Below, one piece after another: positions 46,565 to 55,944 of a stretch of 64,000 nucleotides of DNA. Both the position numbers and the translations under genes were made by a program. The stretch lies in the sequence record OQ718158.1. One strand, written 5' to 3'. The notes below the pieces were generated by a model. It did no database searches. It saw only the letters and a list, made by a program, of their open reading frames with translations, and was not told the DNA's origin. Within the stretch, counting starts at the first letter, position 1. Each line of letters starts with the position of its first letter.

Positions 46565-47542
46565 ATGGCTCATCACGGCGTGTTTATGTACCCTTATAAC
46601 CAAGAAGTATCATTGGGCAATTTTAATATGCCATATAGCAATGAGAAACTTACAATATACAGAGGTGCAAATAACAATTTATCATTCACAGTGCATAACG
46701 CTGATGGAAAATATACATTACTAAAAGATAACGAATATCTAACATTCATGATTTTTGATGCTAGAAACAATACTAAATTATTCGATGTAGTTTTGGATAA
46801 ACAAAAACCATCATGGCTATCAGAAAGTGGACAAGCAAGACAAACATTAGGTAATAGTAAAAAAGTATATTATGGATGTATTGTTCCTGCTGGTGTAATT
46901 CAGGATACTAGTCCTGGTTCAAAATATAGATGGAGTATTACTAAAGTAACAATGGATGGTTCCTTGATTGAACCTACACAGTACTTATACACTGGTCTTG
47001 ATTATGAAGCCTCTGCTGAATTGATCATTTCCGACCAAGCTGCTCCTGTGTTTGTGCCAAGTATTGAAGTATCTGTTAATAAAAACCCAGCATGGACTAC
47101 CATCAAACGCTTGTATCATGAACCAATCGCTCGTGGCGTTATTGGTGAATTTGATATAATGGCAACATCTCCCCTTCCTGCACAAATGCAGTACGGATTA
47201 GTTGATGGTCTTAGTACTATTGCAATGTACTTTGATAAATTCATTGGTAGAATTCAATTACAAGGATGTTTGTGTAATAACGTACCAACTGATAACGAAA
47301 ACTATAAATGGTTTATTGTTAAATTGGATGGTAAAGAATATATCGAAAATGATATTGATGAAAATGGATTCCCTAAAGCGTTAGATGGGATTCAAGCATT
47401 TAATTTTAAAGGTAATTACATGTGGTTGCGATTGGTTGTTTGTATTCATCCTAAGATCGTTCCAGTTCCTTATGACTATGCGGCAGTAAGAAAAGTCTAT
47501 GACCCACTACTGTCAGTTCCTAAAATTTTGATTCGCAGGTGA
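46565..47542 (+). CDS. Hypothetical, probably structural protein
   Basis: Start reassigned to ATG 46565 (GGAAGG RBS). Confidence 0.65.
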   Translation: MAHHGVFMYPYNQEVSLGNFNMPYSNEKLTIYRGANNNLSFTVHNADGKYTLLKDNEYLTFMIFDARNNTKLFDVVLDKQKPSWLSESGQARQTLGNSKKVYYGCIVPAGVIQDTSPGSKYRWSITKVTMDGSLIEPTQYLYTGLDYEASAELIISDQAAPVFVPSIEVSVNKNPAWTTIKRLYHEPIARGVIGEFDIMATSPLPAQMQYGLVDGLSTIAMYFDKFIGRIQLQGCLCNNVPTDNENYKWFIVKLDGKEYIENDIDENGFPKALDGIQAFNFKGNYMWLRLVVCIHPKIVPVPYDYAAVRKVYDPLLSVPKILIRR

Positions 47543-47568
47543 GACAAAACAAGTGTTTGTGCTATAAT
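47541..47568 (+). promoter_or_regulatory. GAGACA-N16-TATAAT promoter (primase-helicase)
   Basis: Exact motif match. Confidence 0.75.
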
Positions 47569-47597
47569 CATTTGTGAGAAATAACAAGGATTAAATT

Positions 47598-48653
47598 ATG
47601 AACGCTGTACAAAACATCATGGCACAAATCATGAATGACCCAGTACCAGGAATTGGTATGTGGACACATCACAATTGTCCTGCTTGTGTGTTCCGTGGTC
47701 ATTCACGCCCCGATACTAAAAATCGCGGCAATCATATGTTTAACGCAGATGGTTCTGTTTCTTATAACTGTTTTAACTGTAGTCTAAAAACTGGGTGGCA
47801 ACCTGGAAAATATATGAGCAAAGATATGGAGTCTTTGCTCATTTCTTTTGGTGCACAGGATAAGGAAATAGAACTAGCTAAATTTTACATTAAAGAAATG
47901 GTTGATAGTGGAGACTTTGCCGAACAAGAAACTACTGCATCTAAACTATATCAACGTGTAACTGTTCGTGAATTACCACCGAACTCAAAAACATTCTGGG
48001 AATGGGCATCGTTACCAGAAGAGCAAATACCACAAGAATTTATTAGTGTTCTGAATCATGTGAATGAGCGAAATCCATATCTATTAGATTTGGAATTGTA
48101 TTGGAGTCCAGCTAAAGAACATAAAATGTATGACCGATTTATCATACCATACGTTATGAACGGTAAAATTATCGGATATACTGCTAGACACAAACTTAAA
48201 GACCCAGGAAGTACCTATCGTTTTATTAATCAGGTCAGTACTAATATTCTATATAATTATGATCTGTTACAAGATGAACGAATTAAAACTATATTAGTTT
48301 GTGAAGGTCCAATGGATGCAGCACTAATGGGTGGTGTTTCTGCAAATAACTTTAAATTGTCAGCAGTACAAATAGATGTACTTAAAGCTGCACAAGAAAA
48401 AGGTAAAAAGATTGTTATCGTACCAGACCGTGATAAGGATGGGTTACAAACAATTGAACAAGCACTAGAATATGGATTTAGTGTTTCTTTCCCAGATTTT
48501 GGGGCAGTACGTGTTGGAAGTACTATACGTCACATTAAAGATTTTGACGAAGCATGTGCTAGATTTGGAAGATTATTTTGTTTACAACTGATACATGATA
48601 GTATAGTTGACGAGCCTTTCTATATTAAAGCACAAACGGATAAGTGGATGTAA
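47598..48653 (+). CDS. gp61: DNA primase (gp61-like)
   Basis: CPAC...YNCFNC zinc finger; TOPRIM motifs CEGPMDA and PDRDKDG. Confidence 0.88.
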   Translation: MNAVQNIMAQIMNDPVPGIGMWTHHNCPACVFRGHSRPDTKNRGNHMFNADGSVSYNCFNCSLKTGWQPGKYMSKDMESLLISFGAQDKEIELAKFYIKEMVDSGDFAEQETTASKLYQRVTVRELPPNSKTFWEWASLPEEQIPQEFISVLNHVNERNPYLLDLELYWSPAKEHKMYDRFIIPYVMNGKIIGYTARHKLKDPGSTYRFINQVSTNILYNYDLLQDERIKTILVCEGPMDAALMGGVSANNFKLSAVQIDVLKAAQEKGKKIVIVPDRDKDGLQTIEQALEYGFSVSFPDFGAVRVGSTIRHIKDFDEACARFGRLFCLQLIHDSIVDEPFYIKAQTDKWM

Positions 48654-48679
48654 CACAGGATATAAATGAGGGAACATAA

Positions 48680-50200
48680 ATGATTCAAAGCACAGTGGAC
48701 GTCAAACAGTATGGGATTAATGCACAACAATACTTACTATCCCAAGTTTTCAGTAATCCAGATTTATTTGTACGTTGTAAAAATATTCTAAAGCCAGAAT
48801 ATTTTGATAAAACATTTCATGAAAGTATTCAGTACGTTCATGATTATGCAGCAAAATATAGTTCATCCCCTACACTGAAAGATATCGAAGTGAAAGGTGG
48901 TTATCAGTATGATCAGTATGAAGTACAAGAACTTCATAAACAGGCAGTACTGGATACCTGTAGTGAGTTTTGCCGTCACAAAGCTCTAGCTCTAGCAGTA
49001 GAGAAAGGTATGGAATTAGTACATCAGAAAAAATATGGTGGCATCGAAGAACTCATTCGTGAAGCTATGTTAGTATCTGTACAGAATGAGTTGGGTCTTG
49101 ATATCTTTGAAAATCCAGAAGATACCATTCGTTCATTGAGCACTATGCAAGGTTCATTCAAGAGTGGATGGGAAACCCTTGACTATAAACTATTCGGTGG
49201 TTTTGGTCGCCGTGAACTTGAAATCTTTGCAGCAGCGTCTGGTGGTGGTAAATCAGTAGTACTACAGAACTTAGCAGTTAACTTTGCTAAGGCTGGTATG
49301 AATGGTGCATACATTTCACTAGAACTAGCAGAAGAGTTGGTAGCCGTTCGTATCTATGGTATGATGACTGAATCTAAGCTAAGTAACGTTAAGAACGAAG
49401 CTGAAAAGATTGGTCTACGAGTTCAAATGGAAGGCAAGGATAGTGGTATATTGCGTATTAAACGTTTACCAGAATCCGTAACAACCACTGATGATATTGA
49501 AAGTTATCTTCGTGAATTGCAAATTAAAATGGAAGTCAAATTAGATTATGTTTGTGTGGACTACCTTGACCTATTAACATCAAATCGTCTTGGTCCTAAT
49601 GATAAATCTAATACATTTACAAAAGATAAATTTGTATCTGAAGAATTGCGTGCACTAGCAACCAAAATGGATTTGACCGTATTCACTGCGTCACAGTTTA
49701 ACCGTAGTGGTATGGATGAAGATAAGAAAAGTCAAAGTCAGATTGCTGGTGGTATTTCTAAAATCTATACTGCGGATAACGTTATCTACATTGAAGCACG
49801 TAAAGAAACTGGCGAACTTTGGTTTGACTTCCAGAAAACACGTAACAGTAGTGCAGTTGGTTCACGTTTGCGTATGTCTTACGATATTGATTCACTTCGT
49901 GTTTTAGACCATGCAACAACAATCCAACAACTAGAAACTGATGGGTCAGGATTCCGTCACAGTGGTATCTCTAAGGTAGGCGGTGGTAACATGGCAATGC
50001 CACCAAGTACAATGCAAACACTGCGTCATACGCTTTCTGGTGCTCCTAAACCAAGCACTACATCAAGTGTTGAAAGCGTAACACTAAATACAGATAGTGA
50101 TCCAATCACTTCTACACAAACTGAATCCCAGCCTCAACAGCCTCACATTGGTACTGATCGTGTAAATGCAATGAAGCAATGGTTAAATCAAAGGAAATAA
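48680..50200 (+). CDS. gp41: Replicative DnaB-like helicase
   Basis: AASGGGKS, ISLEL, VDYLDL, TASQFNR. Confidence 0.92.
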   Translation: MIQSTVDVKQYGINAQQYLLSQVFSNPDLFVRCKNILKPEYFDKTFHESIQYVHDYAAKYSSSPTLKDIEVKGGYQYDQYEVQELHKQAVLDTCSEFCRHKALALAVEKGMELVHQKKYGGIEELIREAMLVSVQNELGLDIFENPEDTIRSLSTMQGSFKSGWETLDYKLFGGFGRRELEIFAAASGGGKSVVLQNLAVNFAKAGMNGAYISLELAEELVAVRIYGMMTESKLSNVKNEAEKIGLRVQMEGKDSGILRIKRLPESVTTTDDIESYLRELQIKMEVKLDYVCVDYLDLLTSNRLGPNDKSNTFTKDKFVSEELRALATKMDLTVFTASQFNRSGMDEDKKSQSQIAGGISKIYTADNVIYIEARKETGELWFDFQKTRNSSAVGSRLRMSYDIDSLRVLDHATTIQQLETDGSGFRHSGISKVGGGNMAMPPSTMQTLRHTLSGAPKPSTTSSVESVTLNTDSDPITSTQTESQPQQPHIGTDRVNAMKQWLNQRK

Positions 50201-50203
50201 TGA

Positions 50204-50476
50204 ATGTCTAGTAAATCCAATAAAAAGAATCTACTTGATAGTATAGTTGACTATACACCAGAGAAAGATACGTTACAGAGTTTTGGTAATCGTGCAGATC
50301 ATGCAATCAACTCTGTTATTCATTTATTGGAGAGTATCGAAGATGAATTTAACCAAACTGATGCTGAAGATTTGAAGAAACGTTTATTTCTTAGTATTAA
50401 GAACCGAGATTATAAAAAGTTTCAGAAGGGCTTGGAGAACATAGCACTTGATGAAAAACGTAATAAAGGGAATTGA
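50204..50476 (+). CDS. Hypothetical protein
   Basis: ORF with AAGGA RBS. Confidence 0.65.
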   Translation: MSSKSNKKNLLDSIVDYTPEKDTLQSFGNRADHAINSVIHLLESIEDEFNQTDAEDLKKRLFLSIKNRDYKKFQKGLENIALDEKRNKGN

Positions 50477-50477
50477 T

Positions 50478-50645
50478 ATGAAGAAGAAAACTAAACTAAA
50501 AGAAAATGCTTCTGCTGGTGCAACATCAGCAGGTGCAGTAGCATCAGTCAGTACTGGATTAAATTACCCATTACTTCGAAGAATGCCTCCTACAAATTTC
50601 TTTGGATATAAAGTTGTTGAGACTAAAAATAAGGATAAGGAATGA
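50478..50645 (+). CDS. Small hypothetical protein
   Basis: Coupled ORF; LKENASAGAT motif seen in head-associated proteins. Confidence 0.55.
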   Translation: MKKKTKLKENASAGATSAGAVASVSTGLNYPLLRRMPPTNFFGYKVVETKNKDKE

Positions 50646-51034
50646 AACCATATACTTTCTACACAATTAATACTGTTGTAGATATAGGTGATGGTACAAC
50701 TCCAACAATCATCGATTCTAAGTTCACTGGTGCTATGAATTTGTCGAGATTGTTGGAGGCTATTATGGCACATGATTATCCCATGATGGTAAGTGTAGTA
50801 AAAACTGAAGTAGATCTATATAAAGATAACAACGCATCTTTCTATAATCTTCCAGTTTCATGGGGTAAATGTACTCTTAGTACTTTCAAATTCGCAATAC
50901 CAATGGATGTTGACTTGCGTTTGAATGGAATACCATTAGTTTTACCGACAGAATTAAATGGTAAAAGAATTACAAAATTTATCACAACAGGTAATGATAC
51001 AAATATTAGCATCAGCAAACAGACCTTTTCTTAA
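50642..51034 (+). CDS. Hypothetical protein
   Basis: Coupled ORF. Confidence 0.65.
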   Translation: MKPYTFYTINTVVDIGDGTTPTIIDSKFTGAMNLSRLLEAIMAHDYPMMVSVVKTEVDLYKDNNASFYNLPVSWGKCTLSTFKFAIPMDVDLRLNGIPLVLPTELNGKRITKFITTGNDTNISISKQTFS

Positions 51035-51091
51035 TTGTGATAAATATCATAAAGCAAGACAGAGGTCTTTTTTATTTTATATGGAGTAATT

Positions 51092-52054
51092 ATGAATATA
51101 AACCAAACAGCAGCGGAGCTACAGAAGTTTGCTGACGCACATAATTTGAATGTTGATGTTTCTGTTGTACTGGATAATATGGATGCGGGTGATTTCATCA
51201 CACTAAATGCCGCTATGGATAATTCAGATAACCGTGAAATTTTTCAAATTCTACAAAAGTACAAAGCACAAATGAGCGAAAGTTTCTCATATTTCAGTAC
51301 TGACAATGTAACTAAACATATTGTTGAAAGTTCTGATTGGCATAAGACAGTTGATTCTATGACAATGAAAGACTTAGTTGAAGCATACAAAAGTAACTTC
51401 ACATACTCTGATGTTTCTAAGTTGAGTATTCAAGAATTAAAAACTATTGTGTTTGAAGATTTATCCTCTAACTTGGAAAATCCTGAAAACCAATTGAAAT
51501 CTACACAGATTGCTAAGATGAATGTGTCCCAGCAACAACAGCAAGTTAATCCACAAACCCAAGCAAAACTTAAACAAGCAGAACTACAACGTAATGCTAA
51601 TAACATTAAAGTTAGTGTTCCTGGTAGTCAAAGCGGTACTGATTCAATTGAACCAGTTGTTGGTATTGATGCTGGACAAAATCCACAACAATCATTAGTA
51701 GTAACCAAAAGTGGCACTAAGCCAAACGAATTGAATGTTTTCCCTTTGGATGATGTAACTCCAGTTGACAATCAAAATCAAAGTACTACAATTCGTGAAG
51801 AGAAATCACCACAAGAAATTAATAGTGAAGTTATGGGTGAGCCTGGTATGGAACCAGACGGTAATCCAAATTCACCATCTCCACTAACACAACACGCACC
51901 AGGTATGGGTGAAATGATTCATGCAATCGCTGATATCGAAAAAGAAGATGATATCTATGGTGATGAAAGTGTAATGGCAAACTCTGCACAACAAGAGAAT
52001 GATGAGATGGTAGATCAAATCATTGATTTCTGTCACCGTATGCGAGGCCGATAA
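51092..52054 (+). CDS. Hypothetical late protein
   Basis: TAAATA at 51041, GGAG RBS. Confidence 0.7.
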   Translation: MNINQTAAELQKFADAHNLNVDVSVVLDNMDAGDFITLNAAMDNSDNREIFQILQKYKAQMSESFSYFSTDNVTKHIVESSDWHKTVDSMTMKDLVEAYKSNFTYSDVSKLSIQELKTIVFEDLSSNLENPENQLKSTQIAKMNVSQQQQQVNPQTQAKLKQAELQRNANNIKVSVPGSQSGTDSIEPVVGIDAGQNPQQSLVVTKSGTKPNELNVFPLDDVTPVDNQNQSTTIREEKSPQEINSEVMGEPGMEPDGNPNSPSPLTQHAPGMGEMIHAIADIEKEDDIYGDESVMANSAQQENDEMVDQIIDFCHRMRGR

Positions 52055-52272
52055 TGAGAACTGTACCTAATGTTCATGGTCACAACACTATGGTTTCCAA
52101 CGAAGAATATCGACTATTACAGAAAATTAAGGCACGAGGTTCAGTGCCAGTTGAAAAAGTAAACGAATACTATCAGGAACTAGCGGATAAAATGGTATCT
52201 CGTGGAGTCCTAAATATTGTTGAGAAAGATGACGGTACTGAAGAGTATTCAACTGTTAGGAGTAATAAATGA
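52054..52272 (+). CDS. Small hypothetical protein
   Basis: Coupled ORF. Confidence 0.65.
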   Translation: MRTVPNVHGHNTMVSNEEYRLLQKIKARGSVPVEKVNEYYQELADKMVSRGVLNIVEKDDGTEEYSTVRSNK

Positions 52273-52946
52273 ATTACGAGTACGATCAACAATCAGTTAA
52301 TCAGATGGCTGATTTGTTAAGCGGTTTGAATGACATTGAAGCTGGTGCAACCCATAATGCGTCTGGTGTTCCTTACAAGTCAGGTGGTGATATCGGTGCA
52401 ATGACCGACATTTTGACATCATTAAATGAAGCTGGTATGAATTATGGTGTTGATCCAGAACAGACACATCCACATGTTGTTCCATTCCACGCCCCATACA
52501 ATGAACACATGCTTGGTCACCAACCAGCACAACCTGTTGTACAACGTGCACCTGCTAAACCTAAAACTAACTGGAGTTTAGTAGAAGAAAAAATTCAAGG
52601 TACTAAATCAACAAAAGTATACAGTGTTAAATGTAATCATAGTTCTCAAGTTATCATGAATAATATTATGATGTATGAAGCTGCACTAACACTAGTAAAC
52701 CTTCTCAACGAAGGAAGAATGTTGACAGATGCAAAAGTTCTTGGTATCATCAGTTCCGGTTTACAATACACCAATGTAATTACCGAAGCATTGAAGGCTG
52801 CACAGAAACGTCAACGTGTTCTGAATGAGTCGAAGTACGATGAAGCAAAAGATTTAGATATCATCATCGCTGAAAAGAAAGCTGAAGCATACAAACTCAA
52901 AGAGCGTGTACTGAACTTTCTAAAGAGTGAAGGTTATATAAAGTAA
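52269..52946 (+). CDS. Hypothetical late protein
   Basis: Coupled ORF with AGGAG RBS. Confidence 0.7.
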   Translation: MNYEYDQQSVNQMADLLSGLNDIEAGATHNASGVPYKSGGDIGAMTDILTSLNEAGMNYGVDPEQTHPHVVPFHAPYNEHMLGHQPAQPVVQRAPAKPKTNWSLVEEKIQGTKSTKVYSVKCNHSSQVIMNNIMMYEAALTLVNLLNEGRMLTDAKVLGIISSGLQYTNVITEALKAAQKRQRVLNESKYDEAKDLDIIIAEKKAEAYKLKERVLNFLKSEGYIK

Positions 52947-52979
52947 ATAAATTTAGTGATATTTTATAAGGAAATTCAA

Positions 52980-53612
52980 ATGTCTAACTACAAAAAACTA
53001 ATGGAATCTGCTTCACGTGTTGAAGCAATGAAGTTCATCAAATTGAACGAATCTAATATTGAGAAAGCTGAAATCGTTCTCTCTGTTAAAGGTGAAATCG
53101 TTGACAAACTACAACGTCAGTCTGAAGTAATCAACAACATGGGCGTTGACGTTCTAGGCCCACTACTTGACCGTATCAAAGCGGAACAAGGTCTTGATGC
53201 TGCACAGAACTTTAGTGATAGCGTTCGCCACCTACTTCAACATGCAGTTACTACTCTAATGGATGTTAAAGACAAAATCAGTACTGAAACTTTAAAACTA
53301 ACTGGTGATATCACTGATGGTCCAGCAGTTTCTGATATTGGTAGTGAAGATGTTGATATCGACATTGCTGCTGACACCCCAACGTTCGACATGGGTGCTG
53401 ATGCTGATTTCGAAGAAGATATTATTTCTGAGCCAGTACCAACTGAGCGTGAAATGAAAGAATCTGTAAAACCAACTCAAATTGGTATTAAGATGGAAAG
53501 TGTTCGCGGTACTGTAGGTACTAAATTCTTCAAAAACAAAGAAGAAATGAAAACTTGGCTATCTGAGAACGAGAAGAAAGTTAAACGTGTACTAGGATAC
53601 GTTAAAAAATAA
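52980..53612 (+). CDS. Hypothetical late protein
   Basis: AAGGA RBS before ATG 52980; high-expression codon bias. Confidence 0.7.
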   Translation: MSNYKKLMESASRVEAMKFIKLNESNIEKAEIVLSVKGEIVDKLQRQSEVINNMGVDVLGPLLDRIKAEQGLDAAQNFSDSVRHLLQHAVTTLMDVKDKISTETLKLTGDITDGPAVSDIGSEDVDIDIAADTPTFDMGADADFEEDIISEPVPTEREMKESVKPTQIGIKMESVRGTVGTKFFKNKEEMKTWLSENEKKVKRVLGYVKK

Positions 53613-53628
53613 TTAAGGATGAATCTAA

Positions 53629-53958
53629 ATGAGATTTCAAGATCTTACAGAAGAGGCTCCTGGTAAAGACATACGCAATATGATTACTACTATTGCGTTG
53701 TCTTTAGTATCATCGGGTCGCGAAGAAGTGAACCTACAATCTTTAATCGCTGAAATCAAAAAGCGAACCAACATTGATGTTCCTTATAATGTTATGATGG
53801 ATATTCTAAACTCTTTGCCATTTGTGCAAGATGCGAATTCGGATGTTGTAACATTTACTGGTAATGATTCAGAAAGTACTGGTGAAGTTGAACAGAACTC
53901 TGAAGACCAAGTTGAAGATTGGGCAACAAAAGCTGCTGTTGCAGCAAATAAACAATAA
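53629..53958 (+). CDS. Hypothetical protein
   Basis: ORF with AAGGA RBS. Confidence 0.68.
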   Translation: MRFQDLTEEAPGKDIRNMITTIALSLVSSGREEVNLQSLIAEIKKRTNIDVPYNVMMDILNSLPFVQDANSDVVTFTGNDSESTGEVEQNSEDQVEDWATKAAVAANKQ

Positions 53959-53963
53959 AAACT

Positions 53964-53991
53964 GAGACAAACAAAAATACGATGCTATAAT
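53964..53991 (+). promoter_or_regulatory. GAGACA-N16-TATAAT promoter
   Basis: Exact motif match. Confidence 0.75.
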
Positions 53992-54004
53992 TAGGAGTAC
54001 ACGG

Positions 54005-54724
54005 ATGTACACACCACCAATTGTTAGCAGATATACATACGTTGATTACAAAAGAATTGAAGGCGGCCCCGAAGGTCGCCTTTATTCAACTCCAACAGGG
54101 AATCTGCCGTCAGTAACAACAATTCTTAGTGCCACCTCTGACAATGAGGGGTTGAAAAAATGGAGAGAATTTGTTGGTGAAGAGAAAGCTAATGAGATTA
54201 CATTAGAAGCATGTACTGTTGGTACTTTTATGCACGAGAACTTAGAATATCGTCTGGATGGAAAGCCAGACCACCAAGGTGGTATGCCGATACGAGTTCT
54301 GGCCCGTAGAATGGCTGACAAAATTCAAGAAGAAGCATGGCCTAGAATCAATGAAGTGTGGGGTCAGGAAGTTCCATTATTCTATGAAGGATTATGGGCT
54401 GGAACAACTGACTTAGTTGGAGTTCATGATGGTATTCCTTCTATCATGGACTATAAGAATTCCCGTAAATTAAAGACATGGGAACATATCGAAAATTACC
54501 GTATGCAAATCGCTGCATATGCACTATCGCATAATCAAATGTTTGGAACAAATATTGAGCGTGGTGTAATTTTCATCTGTGTAAGAAAAGATCCTAACAA
54601 TTTACAATATCAAGAATTCGTTATTGAAGGACAAGACTTCAAAGATGCGGTTGATATGTGGATTGGTAGAGTTGAACAATACTATATTTTACGTGGAGAA
54701 ATTGAATCAAATGGAACAGCATAA
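54005..54724 (+). CDS. PD-(D/E)xK exonuclease
   Basis: LPSVTTIL, GTFMH, QEVPL...AGTTDL...IMDYK. Confidence 0.85.
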   Translation: MYTPPIVSRYTYVDYKRIEGGPEGRLYSTPTGNLPSVTTILSATSDNEGLKKWREFVGEEKANEITLEACTVGTFMHENLEYRLDGKPDHQGGMPIRVLARRMADKIQEEAWPRINEVWGQEVPLFYEGLWAGTTDLVGVHDGIPSIMDYKNSRKLKTWEHIENYRMQIAAYALSHNQMFGTNIERGVIFICVRKDPNNLQYQEFVIEGQDFKDAVDMWIGRVEQYYILRGEIESNGTA

Positions 54725-55268
54725 ACAAATGAAACAAGACCTATATACAATTCGTGCACTAGAAAGTAAAGGCTACTCCTTAGATGAAGTAATCAAACTA
54801 AGTGATGAAGAAATTGACAAACTACAACTTTCAAATAAACTTCTAGTTAATATTAAAGATTATAAATCTCGCGGTGCAAAACCTGTAGAAGTAATCAAAG
54901 AGAAAATTGCTGAAGATATTAGTGTTGACGAAGTATCTCGTAATGTTGCACCAGAAGTAATCGAATCATATGTAGTAGATACTGAAGAACAAATTAAAGT
55001 ATCTGAAGAAGTACAAGTAATCGCTGAAGAACTAGCACCTGTTGTTGAAGAAGAAGACGTTGTTGTTATTGAACGTGTTGAAGCTTCAAAAGAAGATTTG
55101 GATATTATCAAAGAAGCACTAAAAACCAAAGAACTAAAAAGTGTTGCAAACTATGTAAAACACTTGAAATCCCTAGTTCCTGAATCAATTCTTTCTTCCG
55201 TTGATAGCTCTGTTGTATCTCAACTAATCAATGAGCGTATTGCTGAAGTTAAAGAAAACGCTAAATAA
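54711..55268 (+). CDS. Acidic hypothetical protein
   Basis: Start reassigned to ATG 54711 (GGAG RBS). Confidence 0.68.
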   Translation: MEQHKQMKQDLYTIRALESKGYSLDEVIKLSDEEIDKLQLSNKLLVNIKDYKSRGAKPVEVIKEKIAEDISVDEVSRNVAPEVIESYVVDTEEQIKVSEEVQVIAEELAPVVEEEDVVVIERVEASKEDLDIIKEALKTKELKSVANYVKHLKSLVPESILSSVDSSVVSQLINERIAEVKENAK

Positions 55269-55296
55269 TCCTATAATACTATAGGAGATAGTTTTT

Positions 55297-55878
55297 ATGG
55301 CACAACAACAAATTGCGTTACAGCAAGTAAGAACTGGTAAGCAACGTGACTTACCAGACGCGTTGGAAAAAGGCCAGATAGGATTCAGTACTGATGTGGG
55401 TCGTGTATTCATCGGCCTACCTTCCTCATCAGACCCAGCAAGCTTAGTTGCTGGGCGTACATGGGAAACTGATCCAAACTCTGGTAAAGAGAACGTGGAA
55501 ATAATTACCGAATTCTCACCGTGGAGAACGGTATCCAAAATCATCAACCGTCCATTTGAAGTAGACATTCCACAAAACCAAGAGAGTGTTGAAGTTATTA
55601 TTGAAAGTGAAAGTCGTGTATTCATCGACTACATCGCGTATAATAGCAATGAGACTATTTTAGAATCAGGCACAGTGCAAATTGTTGCTGCTGGTTCTTC
55701 AACTATGATTGCACAGTCAAATAACACAAGCCGTACTGATGCAATTTTATCTATTCTGTTTAGTAATCCAGTTTATGATTCAAGTACTGGAAATATGCAA
55801 TTTGACATAGTTAATGCGGATTATTTAAATTCAGGATACCACATAGAATTTGTATATCGTGGGTGGGACAAACCTTAA
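55297..55878 (+). CDS. Virion protein with fibre/Mtd-like N-terminal motif
   Basis: QVRTGKQRDLPDALEKGQIGFSTDVGRVFIG resembles Mtd_N-type motifs. Confidence 0.5.
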   Translation: MAQQQIALQQVRTGKQRDLPDALEKGQIGFSTDVGRVFIGLPSSSDPASLVAGRTWETDPNSGKENVEIITEFSPWRTVSKIINRPFEVDIPQNQESVEVIIESESRVFIDYIAYNSNETILESGTVQIVAAGSSTMIAQSNNTSRTDAILSILFSNPVYDSSTGNMQFDIVNADYLNSGYHIEFVYRGWDKP

Positions 55879-55944
55879 AAGGCGTCCCGCCTTTTTCTTC
55901 CACAAAATTTAAGAACTGTATAAACAATATAACAAGGATGACAC

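Noticed and set aside
54624-54710. In-frame CGG (54648) in the extended N-terminus of ORF 54624-55268
   Set aside because: The extension overlaps the exonuclease gene in another frame; the likely start is ATG 54711.
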